From Planctomycetota bacterium (GTDB taxonomy: Bacteria; Planctomycetota; JAJSAM01; JAJVHW01): 64,000 bases of DNA. Below the pieces are notes generated by a model. The model was not told the origin of the DNA, searched no databases, and saw nothing but the letters and a program-made list of their open reading frames with translations. The stretch spans positions 1,824,001-1,888,000 of the forward strand of contig CBDFJG010000004.1 of assembly GCA_965248445.1 (NCBI GenBank), written 5' to 3'. Positions 28,663 to 38,640 of this stretch are shown here, piece by piece. The position numbers and the translations under genes were made by a program. The first letter of the stretch is position 1. The number at the start of each line of letters is the position of its first letter.

Positions 28663-30331
28663 CCCGAATCGTTCACCAGCCGGGAATCTGAGCGGGCCGT
28701 CGTCTGTCTAAGTGCTCGTACTCGCTAGTACTTGCACCGACAGGAGCGCCGGCCCGATGACGACAGACTGTAGCCCGCAGGGGACCCTCTTCGCGGGCAT
28801 CTGTGGACGCACCGCGGTGACGCGCTTCGACGCCGGTACCGTGACGAGCGACGGGGGCGTGCTGCTGCTCGAGCGGACCGATCGTCGCATCGATCTGCTC
28901 TCGCGGTTTGCGCGCTGCTTCGGGGACCACCGGGACCCGCGTCGGGTCGAGCACACGGTCGGCCAGATGCTGCGTCAGCGGGTCTTCGGGCTGTGCGCGG
29001 GCTACGAGGATCTGGTGGACCACGACCATGTCGGCAAGGACCCGCTGTTTGCCGCGGCGTGCGGCAAGCGCGAGGGTGCTCTGGCCACGCACCCGACGCT
29101 CTCGCGGCTCGAGACCACGCAGCTCGGCGCCACGGCACAGACGCGCTACGCCAAGATCGAGATGGACCAGGAGCGCGTGGACAGCGTGCTCAGCGACGTC
29201 TTCTGCGAGGCCATGGGGCCGGAGGATCCGGGCCTGCTCGTGCTGGACCTGGACCACTCCGACGTGCGGCTGCACGGCCGGCAGGAGGGCCGCTTCTTCC
29301 ACGGCTACTACGGGCACTACTGCTACCTGCCGCTGTACGTCTTCTGCGGCGAGCACCTCTTGCTCGCTCGGCTCCAGACCGCTGACAGAGATCCCGCGCG
29401 CGGAGTCGTGGACGAGCTCCGTGCGCTGGTCTTACGTCTGCGGCGCCGCTGGCCCCGGGCCAAGGTGCTCGTGCGCGCAGACTCGGGCTTTTGCCGCGAG
29501 GAGCTGATGGCCTGGTGCGAGGCCGCCGGCCACTTCTACCTGCTGGGCATGGCGCGCAATGAGCGCCTTGAGCGACACGTCGAAGACGCGCTCGATGAGG
29601 CCGCAGCCCGTGCCGTGCAGACCGGCCGAGCAGCCCGGGTCTTTCGCGACTTTGCCTGGACCACGCTGGGGAGCTGGAGCCAGAGGCGTCGCGTGGTCGC
29701 CAAGGCCGAGCACCTGCCGGGCGGCAAGCGCAATCCCCGCTTCGTGGTGACCAATCTGCCGCCTCGTAGCTGGAGCAGCAAGCGTCTCTACGAGCAGCTC
29801 TACTGCGCCCGGGGCGAGGCGGAGAATCGCATCAAGGAGCAGCAGCTCGAGCTCTTCGGCACCCGTCTGTCGGTGCACACGATGCAGGGCAACGCCGTGC
29901 GGATGGCCATGTCGGCCATGGCCTACGTCCTGACCTGTGCGCTGCGACGCATCGGTCTCGCCGGCACCGAGATGGCGCGTGCGCAAGCCGGCACGATCCG
30001 CCTGCGGCTGCTCAAGATCGGCGCGCTCGTGCGGATCACGACGCGCCGGATCTGGGTCTCGATGTCCTCGTCGTGGCCCTGGCAGCACGTCTTCGAGCGC
30101 TGCGCGCAACGACTGCTGGCATCCCCGAAGCCGACCTGACGTCCCGCCGCGCCGTCCGCCACACCACCGCCCGGCCTACGGTCTGCCCACACCGCAGAAT
30201 CCGCGCCGTTTCGGCCGCTCACTCGCGTTGCCCTTGTGGCAACGACGACAGCATCCGCCCTCGCCTGGCCAAGATCTGACCCTGTGGACTCCGAAAGCAC
30301 CGTCATCGCGACGTCTCGTGAACAGATGCGG
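28663..30331 (+). mobile_element. IS1380-family insertion sequence, copy 1 (1669 bp), CTAG target duplication
   Basis: Ends CCCGAATCGTTCAC and GTGAACAGATGCGG; CTAG at 28659-28662 and 30332-30335; matches 44170-45838 in reverse. Confidence 0.95.
28757..30139 (+). CDS. IS1380 family DDE transposase
   Basis: TSDGG.LLL, GYED..D, LDLD....HG.QEG, RADSGF and Y.ARGEAENRIKE. Confidence 0.95.
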   Translation: MTTDCSPQGTLFAGICGRTAVTRFDAGTVTSDGGVLLLERTDRRIDLLSRFARCFGDHRDPRRVEHTVGQMLRQRVFGLCAGYEDLVDHDHVGKDPLFAAACGKREGALATHPTLSRLETTQLGATAQTRYAKIEMDQERVDSVLSDVFCEAMGPEDPGLLVLDLDHSDVRLHGRQEGRFFHGYYGHYCYLPLYVFCGEHLLLARLQTADRDPARGVVDELRALVLRLRRRWPRAKVLVRADSGFCREELMAWCEAAGHFYLLGMARNERLERHVEDALDEAAARAVQTGRAARVFRDFAWTTLGSWSQRRRVVAKAEHLPGGKRNPRFVVTNLPPRSWSSKRLYEQLYCARGEAENRIKEQQLELFGTRLSVHTMQGNAVRMAMSAMAYVLTCALRRIGLAGTEMARAQAGTIRLRLLKIGALVRITTRRIWVSMSSSWPWQHVFERCAQRLLASPKPT

Positions 30332-30645
30332 CTAGAGCTTCTTCTTCAGCGGCAGGCCGCGACCCTTCGACCCTTGCGGATCGCATTCACGCGCTTGAGC
30401 TTCTGAGCCGGTGTGAGGCCCGCCCACGGGTTCTTGCGCTTCTTGCCCGACTTCGTGAGCTTGCTCGTCTTCGCGGTCGCTCCGCGGCCACGCCTCTTGC
30501 TCGGGCGGGGCTTGCCGTCCATGAGCCCACGGAGGTCTGCAAGGGCGCCTTCGCGTCCCTCGGCTCTTGCTGTTTCGATCAGCGTCCCAAGTCGGCTGGT
30601 CAAGTCGTTGAGGAGCGAATCAGTGTTGTTCGCGATACGAGGCAT
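30332..30645 (-). CDS. Small Lys/Arg-rich putative nucleoid-associated protein; 3' end frameshifted by an 8-bp duplication
   Basis: Helical N-terminus, basic linker, NPWAGLTPAQKLKRVNAIRKGR; removing one CGACCCTT copy gives ...KGRGLPLKKKL-TAG ending at the IS target. Confidence 0.6.
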
Positions 30646-30897
30646 CTCGTTCTCCAGGATGTGATGCGCTTGACGCGCTGCCCCCACCAGCATGGTGTAC
30701 CGCCAGCGCGCACCGCCCGTCGAGGTAGACAGGTAGACTTGGTGAGACGGGGGAGATCGGTTCCGGAAGTCCAGGCTCAGACGACGGAGCAGTCATTGCA
30801 CTGCCATCAACCGAGGCCACCCCCGTCACCGCGTCACCGTGCGTCGCCCGGCGACGCGGCCGAATGAATCGCGTCTCGCGTTCGTCCAATCTCCCGG

Positions 30898-31353
30898 ATG
30901 TCCGCAACAAGTCCACCGGCTGCTCGGCCTGCACGTTCTGAGCGGCACGCGTCGGTCGCGTCCCACTCGACGAGCCGCAAGGAGCTCGCTGACTGCGCGG
31001 AGCCGCGCAAGCCGAGGCGGTGGACGCTCAGCGCCATCGCTGGCAATGCAGCGCGCGTGATCGCCGTGGTCTGTTGCGCGCTCAGCGCACTGTCGGCGCT
31101 CGAATGGGTGCGCTACCTCTCTGTGAACGGGTTCTATGAAGACGCGTGGTACGCCAGAGTCGGCGAGGTCGCCTGGAGCTTCAGCTGGCCGTCTCTCTTG
31201 CTCCTGTTCGGCCTCTACGTCCTCAGCCGGCGACGACCGCTGACCGAGAGGCCGACGAGCGCCGACGTGGTGAGCGAGGGAGGCGCTGTGCATCCCAGGG
31301 GCACGGTCGCAGGCTCTCGCGCGGCCCCGCTTACACTGTCGGAGTTCTGTTGA
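30898..31353 (+). CDS. Possible small membrane protein
   Basis: Two hydrophobic segments; stop overlaps the nadB start; start codon uncertain. Confidence 0.3.
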   Translation: MSATSPPAARPARSERHASVASHSTSRKELADCAEPRKPRRWTLSAIAGNAARVIAVVCCALSALSALEWVRYLSVNGFYEDAWYARVGEVAWSFSWPSLLLLFGLYVLSRRRPLTERPTSADVVSEGGAVHPRGTVAGSRAAPLTLSEFC

Positions 31354-32993
31354 ACGATCCCCCCCGCTTCCTCCGGCAGTTCGACACATCGCTGCTGCCG
31401 CAGATCTTCTGCGACGTGCTGGTGATCGGCACGGGGGTGGCCGGGCATCTCGCCGCGCTGGAAGCTGCTCGCCGTGGCGCCCGCGTGCTTGCGCTGACCA
31501 AGGCGTCGCCGCTCGAGAGCAACACGCTGTACGCGCAGGGCGGTGTCGCGGCGCCTCTCCATGTCGGCGACTCCGTCGAGAAGCACGTTGAGGACACGCT
31601 CCGGGCCGGCGACGGCCTCTGTCACGGGAAGTTCGTGCAGGGGGTTATCCAGGAGGCCTCGCAGGCCGTGGATCGACTTCGGGAAATCGGGGTCGTGTTC
31701 GACCAGGAGAACGGCGCGCTGTCCCTCAGCCGAGAAGGCGGTCACTCGGCGCGGCGTGTGGCCCGCGCGAACGGCGATGCGACCGGCCGCGAGATCCAAC
31801 GGGCACTGGCTGCTGCGCTGCTTGGCGAAGACGACATCCGCTCCGTGCCGGATGCGTTCGTCGTTGATCTGCTGACCGAGGACGGCGAGTGCCTCGGCGC
31901 ACTGGTGCACTACGCGGGGGAGTTGCGCGCGGTGTGGGCCGCATCGACGGTGCTCGCGTCCGGCGGCGCCGGTCGCCTGTTCCGCGAGAGCACGAATCCC
32001 TCCGTCACGACCGGCGACGGCCTCGCGATGGCGTATCGAGCCGGCGCGGCCGTGCGGGACATGGAGTTCATGCAGTTCCACCCGACCGTGCTGTACGTGC
32101 CGGGCGCGCCACGCACCCTGCTCTCGGAGGCGGCCCGGGGTGAAGGCGCGCACGTGCTCGACGTGCGGGGCCGGCGATTCCTGACGGATTACGACGAGCG
32201 TGGCGAGCTGGCACCCCGCGACATTGTCTCCCGATCGATCGTGACGCACCTGATCGATAACAGCGACACGCACGTACTCCTCGATCTGCGGCACCTGCCC
32301 GCCGAACGGCTGGAGTCCCACATCCCAGGAGTGGTCGCTACCGGTCGCTCGGTCGGACTCGACGTCAGCGAGCATCCGCTGCCGATCCGACCGGCCGCGC
32401 ACTACACGCTCGGCGGCGTGGTCACGGACACGGATGGACGCACCACGCTCCCCGGCTTGTTCGCGTGCGGCGAAGTGACCTCGAGCGGCCTGCACGGCGC
32501 CAATCGCCTGGCTTCGAACAGCCTGCTGGAGGGCGTCGTGATGGGGCGTCGTGCCGGGCGGCTGGCCGCCGCCCGCGCTGCGGGGCGTTCCGCCCGCGCG
32601 AGGGACATCACGTGCGATGCTCCCGGTCCGTCGGTATCCGAGTTCGACGCCGACGACCTCAGGCGCTCCATCGAGAGCGTCCTCTGGCGCCAAGCCGGCA
32701 TCCGGCGCGACGGTGACGGCCTGGCTGCGGCGGCGCAGCAGCTCGAGGAGTGGGCACCGTTCGTGCTCGGACGCACCCTGCCGCTGGCAGCGGGGGTCGA
32801 GGCACAGAACCTCTGCATACTCTCCCGTCTGCTCGTGCAGGCCGCGCTGGAGCGCGAGGAGACGCGCGGCGTCCACTGGCGAACCGACCGGCCCGATCGC
32901 GACGACAGCCGCTTTTGCGGACACATGGTCCAGCAGCGCGGCAAGGAACTGCGATTCTCACCGCACGTCCCGACGGAGCCAGCCGCCACGTGA
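31350..32993 (+). CDS. nadB: L-aspartate oxidase
   Basis: IGTGVAG, SNTLYAQGGVA, REGGHSARRV, QFHPT, LSEAARGEGA, ELAPRDIV, AAHYTLGG and HGANRLASNSLLE; TTG start after GGAG. Confidence 0.93.
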   Translation: MNDPPRFLRQFDTSLLPQIFCDVLVIGTGVAGHLAALEAARRGARVLALTKASPLESNTLYAQGGVAAPLHVGDSVEKHVEDTLRAGDGLCHGKFVQGVIQEASQAVDRLREIGVVFDQENGALSLSREGGHSARRVARANGDATGREIQRALAAALLGEDDIRSVPDAFVVDLLTEDGECLGALVHYAGELRAVWAASTVLASGGAGRLFRESTNPSVTTGDGLAMAYRAGAAVRDMEFMQFHPTVLYVPGAPRTLLSEAARGEGAHVLDVRGRRFLTDYDERGELAPRDIVSRSIVTHLIDNSDTHVLLDLRHLPAERLESHIPGVVATGRSVGLDVSEHPLPIRPAAHYTLGGVVTDTDGRTTLPGLFACGEVTSSGLHGANRLASNSLLEGVVMGRRAGRLAAARAAGRSARARDITCDAPGPSVSEFDADDLRRSIESVLWRQAGIRRDGDGLAAAAQQLEEWAPFVLGRTLPLAAGVEAQNLCILSRLLVQAALEREETRGVHWRTDRPDRDDSRFCGHMVQQRGKELRFSPHVPTEPAAT

Positions 32994-34351
32994 TCGAGAC
33001 CGACGCGGAGAACGGTCATCAGCGCGTGATCCTCGTCGGGCTCCGGCTCCTCGCGGACCCCGAGCACCACGAGGGGCCGCTCGCCGAGCTCGAGCGCCTG
33101 GCCGCCACGGCCGGCGGCACGGTGGTCGGTCGCTTCGTCCAGCGTCGCAAGCGCCCGGACTCGAAGTACTTCATCGGTCGCGGGAAGGCGCAGGAGGTTG
33201 CCCGCGCCGCGCGCAGCCAGGACGCTCACCTGATCCTCGTGGACAACGATCTCTCCCCTGCGCAGGAACGCAACCTCGAGGAGTTGACCAGCTGCACGGT
33301 GGTCGACCGCAGCGGGCTGATCCTCGACATCTTCGCGACCCGTGCGCGCACGACTCAGGCCCGGCTGCAGGTCGAGCTGGCTCAGCTGCAGTACACGCGT
33401 TCGCGGCTCAAGCGAATGTGGACGCACCTCGAGCGCATGGAAGGCGCCATCGGTACGCGCGGACCAGGTGAGAAGCAGATCGAGGAGGACCGTCGTCTGA
33501 TCGACCGGCGCATCCAGGCGCTGCGGCGTTCTCTGAAAGTGGAGGAACGCCGCCGCGAGACACGCTCCCGCTCCCGGGCCCCGTTCTTCAACGTGTCGCT
33601 CGTGGGTTACACGAACGCGGGCAAGAGCACACTTCTCCGCGCGCTCACGGGGGCTGACACGTTCATCGAGGACAAGCTCTTCGCCACACTCGACACGCAG
33701 ACTCGCGCGTGGGAACTGGCCGGAAACCAGCGCGTGTTCCTGTCCGACACGGTCGGGTTCATCCGCGACCTCCCGCACAACCTGGTCGCGTCGTTCCACT
33801 CGACGCTTGCCGAAGCCGTCGAAGCGGATCTGCTGCTGCACGTCGTCGATGCCTCGAGCCCCGACGCAGAGCACCACATGCGCGTCGTGCTCGAGGTCCT
33901 GCGGGAGATCGGCGCCGGCGCTCCGTCACTCCTCGTGTTCAACAAGGTCGATGCGGTCGCGGACCGCATGCAGACCGCGTCGTTGTTCAGCGCACACCCG
34001 GATGCGCTCGCCGTGTCGGCCGTCGCGGGGGACGGGCTCCCGGCTCTCGGTGCGCGCGTTGCCGACGTCGTGCAGTCGTTCCTGCGCGAGATCGAGTTGG
34101 ACGTGCCAGCCGCCGCAGGCCGCTTGCTGGCGTTTGTCGCGGAGAAGGGCACCGTGGTCGAGCGGGAGTACACGGGGGAGCGCGTTCGATTGCGCGTGCG
34201 GCTCGCGCCGCGCGACGTGGCACACGTGATCGGTCACTTGCAGGAGTGCGATGGGCGGCTCGTCGAGGCGGCCGGGGCTGAGGAGCGTCCGGAGCCACAC
34301 CCGGTCGCGCCCGATGAACGCTCCGCCGACGGCGAGTCCGACGCGGCCTGA
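32990..34351 (+). CDS. hflX: GTPase HflX
   Basis: LSPAQERNLE, ILDIFA.RA, RGPGE, GYTNAGKST, LFATLDT, DTVGFIRDLP and NKVD. Confidence 0.95.
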   Translation: MIETDAENGHQRVILVGLRLLADPEHHEGPLAELERLAATAGGTVVGRFVQRRKRPDSKYFIGRGKAQEVARAARSQDAHLILVDNDLSPAQERNLEELTSCTVVDRSGLILDIFATRARTTQARLQVELAQLQYTRSRLKRMWTHLERMEGAIGTRGPGEKQIEEDRRLIDRRIQALRRSLKVEERRRETRSRSRAPFFNVSLVGYTNAGKSTLLRALTGADTFIEDKLFATLDTQTRAWELAGNQRVFLSDTVGFIRDLPHNLVASFHSTLAEAVEADLLLHVVDASSPDAEHHMRVVLEVLREIGAGAPSLLVFNKVDAVADRMQTASLFSAHPDALAVSAVAGDGLPALGARVADVVQSFLREIELDVPAAAGRLLAFVAEKGTVVEREYTGERVRLRVRLAPRDVAHVIGHLQECDGRLVEAAGAEERPEPHPVAPDERSADGESDAA

Positions 34352-34385
34352 TGCTGATGCGGCCTGATGCGGCCTGATGCGGCGG
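34343..34385. repeat. Tandem GCGGCCTGAT repeats reiterating the hflX 3' end
   Basis: Full copies at 34343, 34359 and 34369, plus partial copies. Confidence 0.8.
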
Positions 34386-35757
34386 TGGCGAACGAGGAAC
34401 ACGACGCGTCCCGCCTCGACGGCATCGCCATTGTCTACGTCGTCGTCGAACGGGACTCCGGCGGCGACGCCGTGCTCAGGTGGCTGCGCTCGTCCAGCAT
34501 CCGCCATCGTGCCCGACTGATCCTCCTCGACGGGTTCAAGGACCCGAGCGAGATGCACGTCGATGACCCGGAGCGCTTCCCTGAGCGCTGGCAGGCCGCG
34601 AAGGACTCCGCCCCGCCGTGGTCGGATCGGGCTGCGGCGCTCCTGTCCCCCGCACGAGACCGTCTGTTCACCGAGTGTCGCGATCTCGCCCTGAGCCCCG
34701 ACGTGCTGGGAGAAGTCACCAGCACACTTCGCGAGTGCGCCGTGGTGGGCGAGCAGCGACTCGGACAGCTCTTGTTCCTCGTGCTCGTGACGCGCCTCTT
34801 TGATCGGCCTGTCTCTGTGCTGGTCGAAGGCCCCTCTTCCGCGGGGAAGTCGTACGTCGTGAGTTCCGTGCTGCGACTTCTGCCGAAGTCCACTCACGTC
34901 AATCTGACGTGCAGCTCGCCGCTCGGACTCATCTACGCCCAGGAGTCGCTGTCGCACCGCTTCGTTGTTCTGGTTGAGAAGACTGCCCTAGAGAACCGGA
35001 CCTTCGCAGACATGCTGAAGACGCTCCTGTCGGAGGGGTTCATCGAACGGTGGATTGTCGAACTCCAATCAGATCGCCCAGTTGGCCGCGTGCTTCGCAA
35101 GGACGGCCCAACGGGCTTGATCTCCACGACGACGGACGTAGCGATCGATCCCGAGTGGGACACCCGCGTGTTCTGCGTTCCCGTCACCGAGTCGAGTGAG
35201 CACACCGCTGACATCCTCCGAGTGCAGATAGAGGACAGTGGACAACCGGACCTCGGTCCTCGGTCCGTGGCATGCACTCCAGCACTGGCTAGACGTGGGA
35301 CCGCGAGACGTGTCGATCCCGTTCGCCGACGAACTGGCGCGTCGCATCCCTCCGCTGAACGTGCGCTTGCACCGAGACGTGGCGGCGGTCCGTTCTCTCA
35401 TCGACGCATCGGCGTTGCTCCATCAGGCCACGCGAGACGTGGACGCCGAGGGCCGCATCATCGCCACGCTAGATGACTACGCAGCCGTCTACGAACTCAC
35501 GCACGACCTGATCGCAACCGCCGTGAACGATGCGGTCTCAACAACGGTCCGCGAAACCGTCGCCACGGTGCGGAGGCTCATTGAGGAGTCGGCCGACGGC
35601 GTGTCGGTGACAGCCGTCGCCAGGACACTCGGCATCGACAAGGGCAGCGCCTCCCGTCGCGTCAAGCGGGCCATCCGCGGCGGGTACGTCGTGAGAGCCG
35701 AGGAACGCCCGGGCCGCGCCTCTCGACTAGCCATCGGAGAACCGTTGCCGGAGGAGG
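34367..35757 (+). pseudogene. Mobile-element primase/helicase remnant (partial TOPRIM, P-loop ATPase, C-terminal wHTH)
   Basis: VYVVVERDSGG...KDPSEMH, VVGE, Walker A GPSSAGKS and HTH VTAVARTLGIDKGSASRRV; frameshift at the duplicated CCTCGGT (35251-35264); cut at the 3' end by an IS. Confidence 0.7.
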
Positions 35758-36065
35758 CGGGACGTGTCAACGACTTTGAGACACCGCGTCTTCGAGTTTA
35801 GTGAGCAGCCTCCTGTGTCGCAGTCTCCAGCGCCGCGAGTTCCCGGGCCGGCGGGTTGATCCACGTCTCGGTCGGCAGAGCCGGCGGCGTCGGCGCACGG
35901 CGCACGAAGCGCTCGGGATGCGCCGCGTACGCGGCATCGAGCACGACCGAGCGCGCGGCGACGGCCGCTTCGGCGCGGCCGTAGTGCACGGTCTCGGGCG
36001 TCAGCAGCCCGAGACTCGAGTGACGATGCTCGCGGTTGTACCAGTGGAAAAAGGCGCGGCAGTGC
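35758..36065 (-). mobile_element. Partial (right-end, about 308 bp) inverted copy of the IS3-like element
   Basis: Reverse complement of about 37398-37705; abuts the left end of the full copy. Confidence 0.92.
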
Positions 36066-36136
36066 CCTCTGTGCCAACGTGGCTGAGACACCGACCCCAC
36101 GGATGATTACTGTGCAGGGCGGTGGAGGAACCAGCG

Positions 36137-36640
36137 ATGACGAACAACCACAACACAGCGCCGGGGGAGATCCCGGAGCCGAGGGAGGGCGAGCATAGCG
36201 AGCGCGATCGAGGCGGAGGGGGCTCCCCCGGGGCGCGCGGCCCGGGGGACGTTGGGGTGCGCGACCCCGAGGTCGTGCCGCGCGCCTCGCGGCGGCGCTT
36301 TGGCGCCGCGTACAAGCTACGGATCATCGAGGCGGCGGACGCGTGCACGAAGCCCGGCGAGATCGGCGCTCTCTTGCGCCGTGAGGGGCTGTACTCCTCG
36401 CACTTGTTGACGTGGCGGCGCGCGCGGGACCAGGGCCAGCTCGAGGCGCTCTCGCCCAAGCGGCGTGGTCCCAAGCCCGATCCGGACCGTGCGCTCAAGA
36501 AGCGCAACGAGCAGCTCGAGCGCGAAGTCGCCCGTCTCGAGAAGCGGCTCGAGACGGCCGAGGTGATCATCGACGTGCAGCGAAAAGTCTCACGGCTGCT
36601 GGGCATCGAGATGCCCGAGACGAGCGGGAGCGACACGTGA
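36137..36640 (+). CDS. IS3-like OrfA (HTH and leucine zipper)
   Basis: RRRFGAAYKLRII, GALLRREGLYSSHL..WR and a coiled coil ending IDVQRKV. Confidence 0.9.
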   Translation: MTNNHNTAPGEIPEPREGEHSERDRGGGGSPGARGPGDVGVRDPEVVPRASRRRFGAAYKLRIIEAADACTKPGEIGALLRREGLYSSHLLTWRRARDQGQLEALSPKRRGPKPDPDRALKKRNEQLEREVARLEKRLETAEVIIDVQRKVSRLLGIEMPETSGSDT

Positions 36641-37665
36641 TTGCGGCGGAGGAGCTGGGGGGACGCGTGGGCGTCGCCCCCGCGTGCCGCGCGCTCGGAG
36701 TCACGCGCGCCACGCTCTATCGGCGCCGAACGGCACGCACGTGCCCCCGGCCCCAGCAGCCGCGCCGGCGCTCGCCGCGCGCCCTCACGATCGACGAGCG
36801 TCTTACCGTACTCGCGGTGCTGAGCGAGGAGCGCTTCTGCGATCTGTCACCGCTTGCGGCGTGGGCGATCCTGCTCGACGAGGGACGCTACCTGTGCTCG
36901 GTGCGCACGATGTACCGCATCCTCGGTGCGGCTGGTGCTGTGCGTGAGCGCCGCAACCAGCTGCGTCATCCCGCGTACAAGAAGCCCGAGCTCCTCGCGA
37001 CCTCCCCGAACCAGGTCTGGAGCTGGGACATCACCAAGCTCCGCGGCCCGGTGAAGTGGAGCTACTTCTATCTCTACGTCGTGCTCGACATCTACTCCCG
37101 CAACGTCGTGGGCTGGATGCTGGCGGACTGCGAGAGCGGTGCGCTGGCGACGGCACTCATCGAGCAGTCCTGCGAGAAGCAGGGGATCGCGGCGGAGCAG
37201 CTCACGATCCACTCCGATCGGGGGCCGCCGATGATCAGCAAGCCGGTGGCCTTTCTGCTCGCCGATCTCGGCGTGACGAAGTCGCACAGCCGGCCGTACA
37301 CGTCGAATGACAATCCGTTTTCCGAGAGCCAATTCCGCACGCTGAAGTACCGGCCGGACTTCCCAGCGCGCTTCGGCTGCATCGAGGACGCGCGGGCGCA
37401 CTGCCGCGCCTTTTTCCACTGGTACAACCGCGAGCATCGTCACTCGAGTCTCGGGCTGCTGACGCCCGAGACCGTGCACTACGGCCGCGCCGAAGCGGCC
37501 GTCGCCGCGCGCTCGGTCGTGCTCGATGCCGCGTACGCGGCGCATCCCGAGCGCTTCGTGCGCCGTGCGCCGACGCCGCCGGCTCTGCCGACCGAGACGT
37601 GGATCAACCCGCCGGCCCGGGAACTCGCGGCGCTGGAGACTGCGACACAGGAGGCTGCTCACTAA
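36637..37665 (+). CDS. IS3-like OrfB DDE transposase (rve core)
   Basis: PNQVWSWDIT, LDIYSR.VVGW, IHSDRG, DNPFSES.F.TLK and WYN.EHRHS; GTGA overlap with orfA. Confidence 0.92.
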   Translation: MIAAEELGGRVGVAPACRALGVTRATLYRRRTARTCPRPQQPRRRSPRALTIDERLTVLAVLSEERFCDLSPLAAWAILLDEGRYLCSVRTMYRILGAAGAVRERRNQLRHPAYKKPELLATSPNQVWSWDITKLRGPVKWSYFYLYVVLDIYSRNVVGWMLADCESGALATALIEQSCEKQGIAAEQLTIHSDRGPPMISKPVAFLLADLGVTKSHSRPYTSNDNPFSESQFRTLKYRPDFPARFGCIEDARAHCRAFFHWYNREHRHSSLGLLTPETVHYGRAEAAVAARSVVLDAAYAAHPERFVRRAPTPPALPTETWINPPARELAALETATQEAAH

Positions 37666-37705
37666 ACTCGAAGACGCGGTGTCTCAAAGTCGTTGACACG
37701 TCCCG

Positions 37706-38640
37706 CCAGCCGAGGCGGGTGGAAAGCAGACTTTCGTGTTCGTCCACGATTCGGGCGACGCCGCCCAGGTGTTCGGCTATGCGATGGGGAAAGACGGCTC
37801 CCTCGCGCCGGTCCCCGGCTCCCCGTTCCAGATCGGTGAGCCCTCCTCCGAGTGCGGTGGACAGTGCCAGACGTCGGCGTACAGCAAGCGCCGGAAGGTG
37901 CTGCTGACCACGCATGCGAACGGCGTGACGTCATGGGTGGTGGCGAAGGACGGCTCCCTCACACAGGGGACGGGCGGAGCGCTCCCGGGCAGTTCCTCCA
38001 TGGGTGTGGCGGTGGTCGACGTGAAGAAGCACTCGTTCGCCTACGTCGCGACGAACGCGGGCGATATCCACGGGTACGAGATCGGCCGGGACGGCTCGCT
38101 GACTCCCCTGCCGGGGTTTCCCGTCTCGCGCGGCGACGACCTCATCGGGATGACTTCGATCAAGCGCGTGCTCCTGGTCATCAACGAGGACTCGTCCGAG
38201 GTCTACTCCTTCGTGGTCGGCAAGAACGGCGCCCTCACGGAACCGGACTCCTCGCCGAGCGCCTTCGCGCCGGAGGACGGCCGCTCGTACAGCGTGCATA
38301 CCGACGCCAAGGGCAAGTTCGTCGTCGTCGGGAGCAACAACCGCATGGACGTCCAGGCGCTCGACAGGAAGACCGGCGCCGTCACGCCGATGCAGGACGG
38401 GACGCAGTTGCTCCCGATCGACGGGATCAACGGACCCGCGGTGTCGAAGAAGGGGGTCATCGCAGTGATCCCCTTCGGCCTGAGCCAAAGCGCGAACGAC
38501 CTGCGGATGATGACGGTCTTGAAGAGGTCGCGCAAACTCGCAAGTCTGGGCCCGATCCAGACGCTCGGCATGACGAATGTCTCGGTGTACGTCTTCGCTC
38601 CGAACGGGAAGTTCCTGATTGCGGCCGACGAGGAGCCCGT
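37706..38640 (+). pseudogene. Beta-propeller (lactonase-like) secreted protein, truncated at both ends
   Basis: Repeated blades (DGSLAPVPGSPF, DGSLTPLPGFP, NGALTE, TGAVTP); only the AEA end of the signal peptide remains next to the IS; frame breaks within blade 7. Confidence 0.65.

Larger units (their letters stand above)
36065..37705 (+). mobile_element. IS3-like insertion sequence, copy 1 (about 1641 bp), no target duplication visible
   Basis: Sub-terminal IRs TGCCAACGTGGCTGAGACACCG and CGGTGTCTCAAAGTCGTTGACA; boundaries defined by the match to 46092-47732. Confidence 0.9.

Noticed and set aside
30140..30331. RNA-guided (TnpB/IscB-type) cargo or guide RNA in the IS1380 3' region
   Set aside because: No RuvC/HNH nuclease ORF is present, and about 190 bp of non-coding tail is not evidence on its own.
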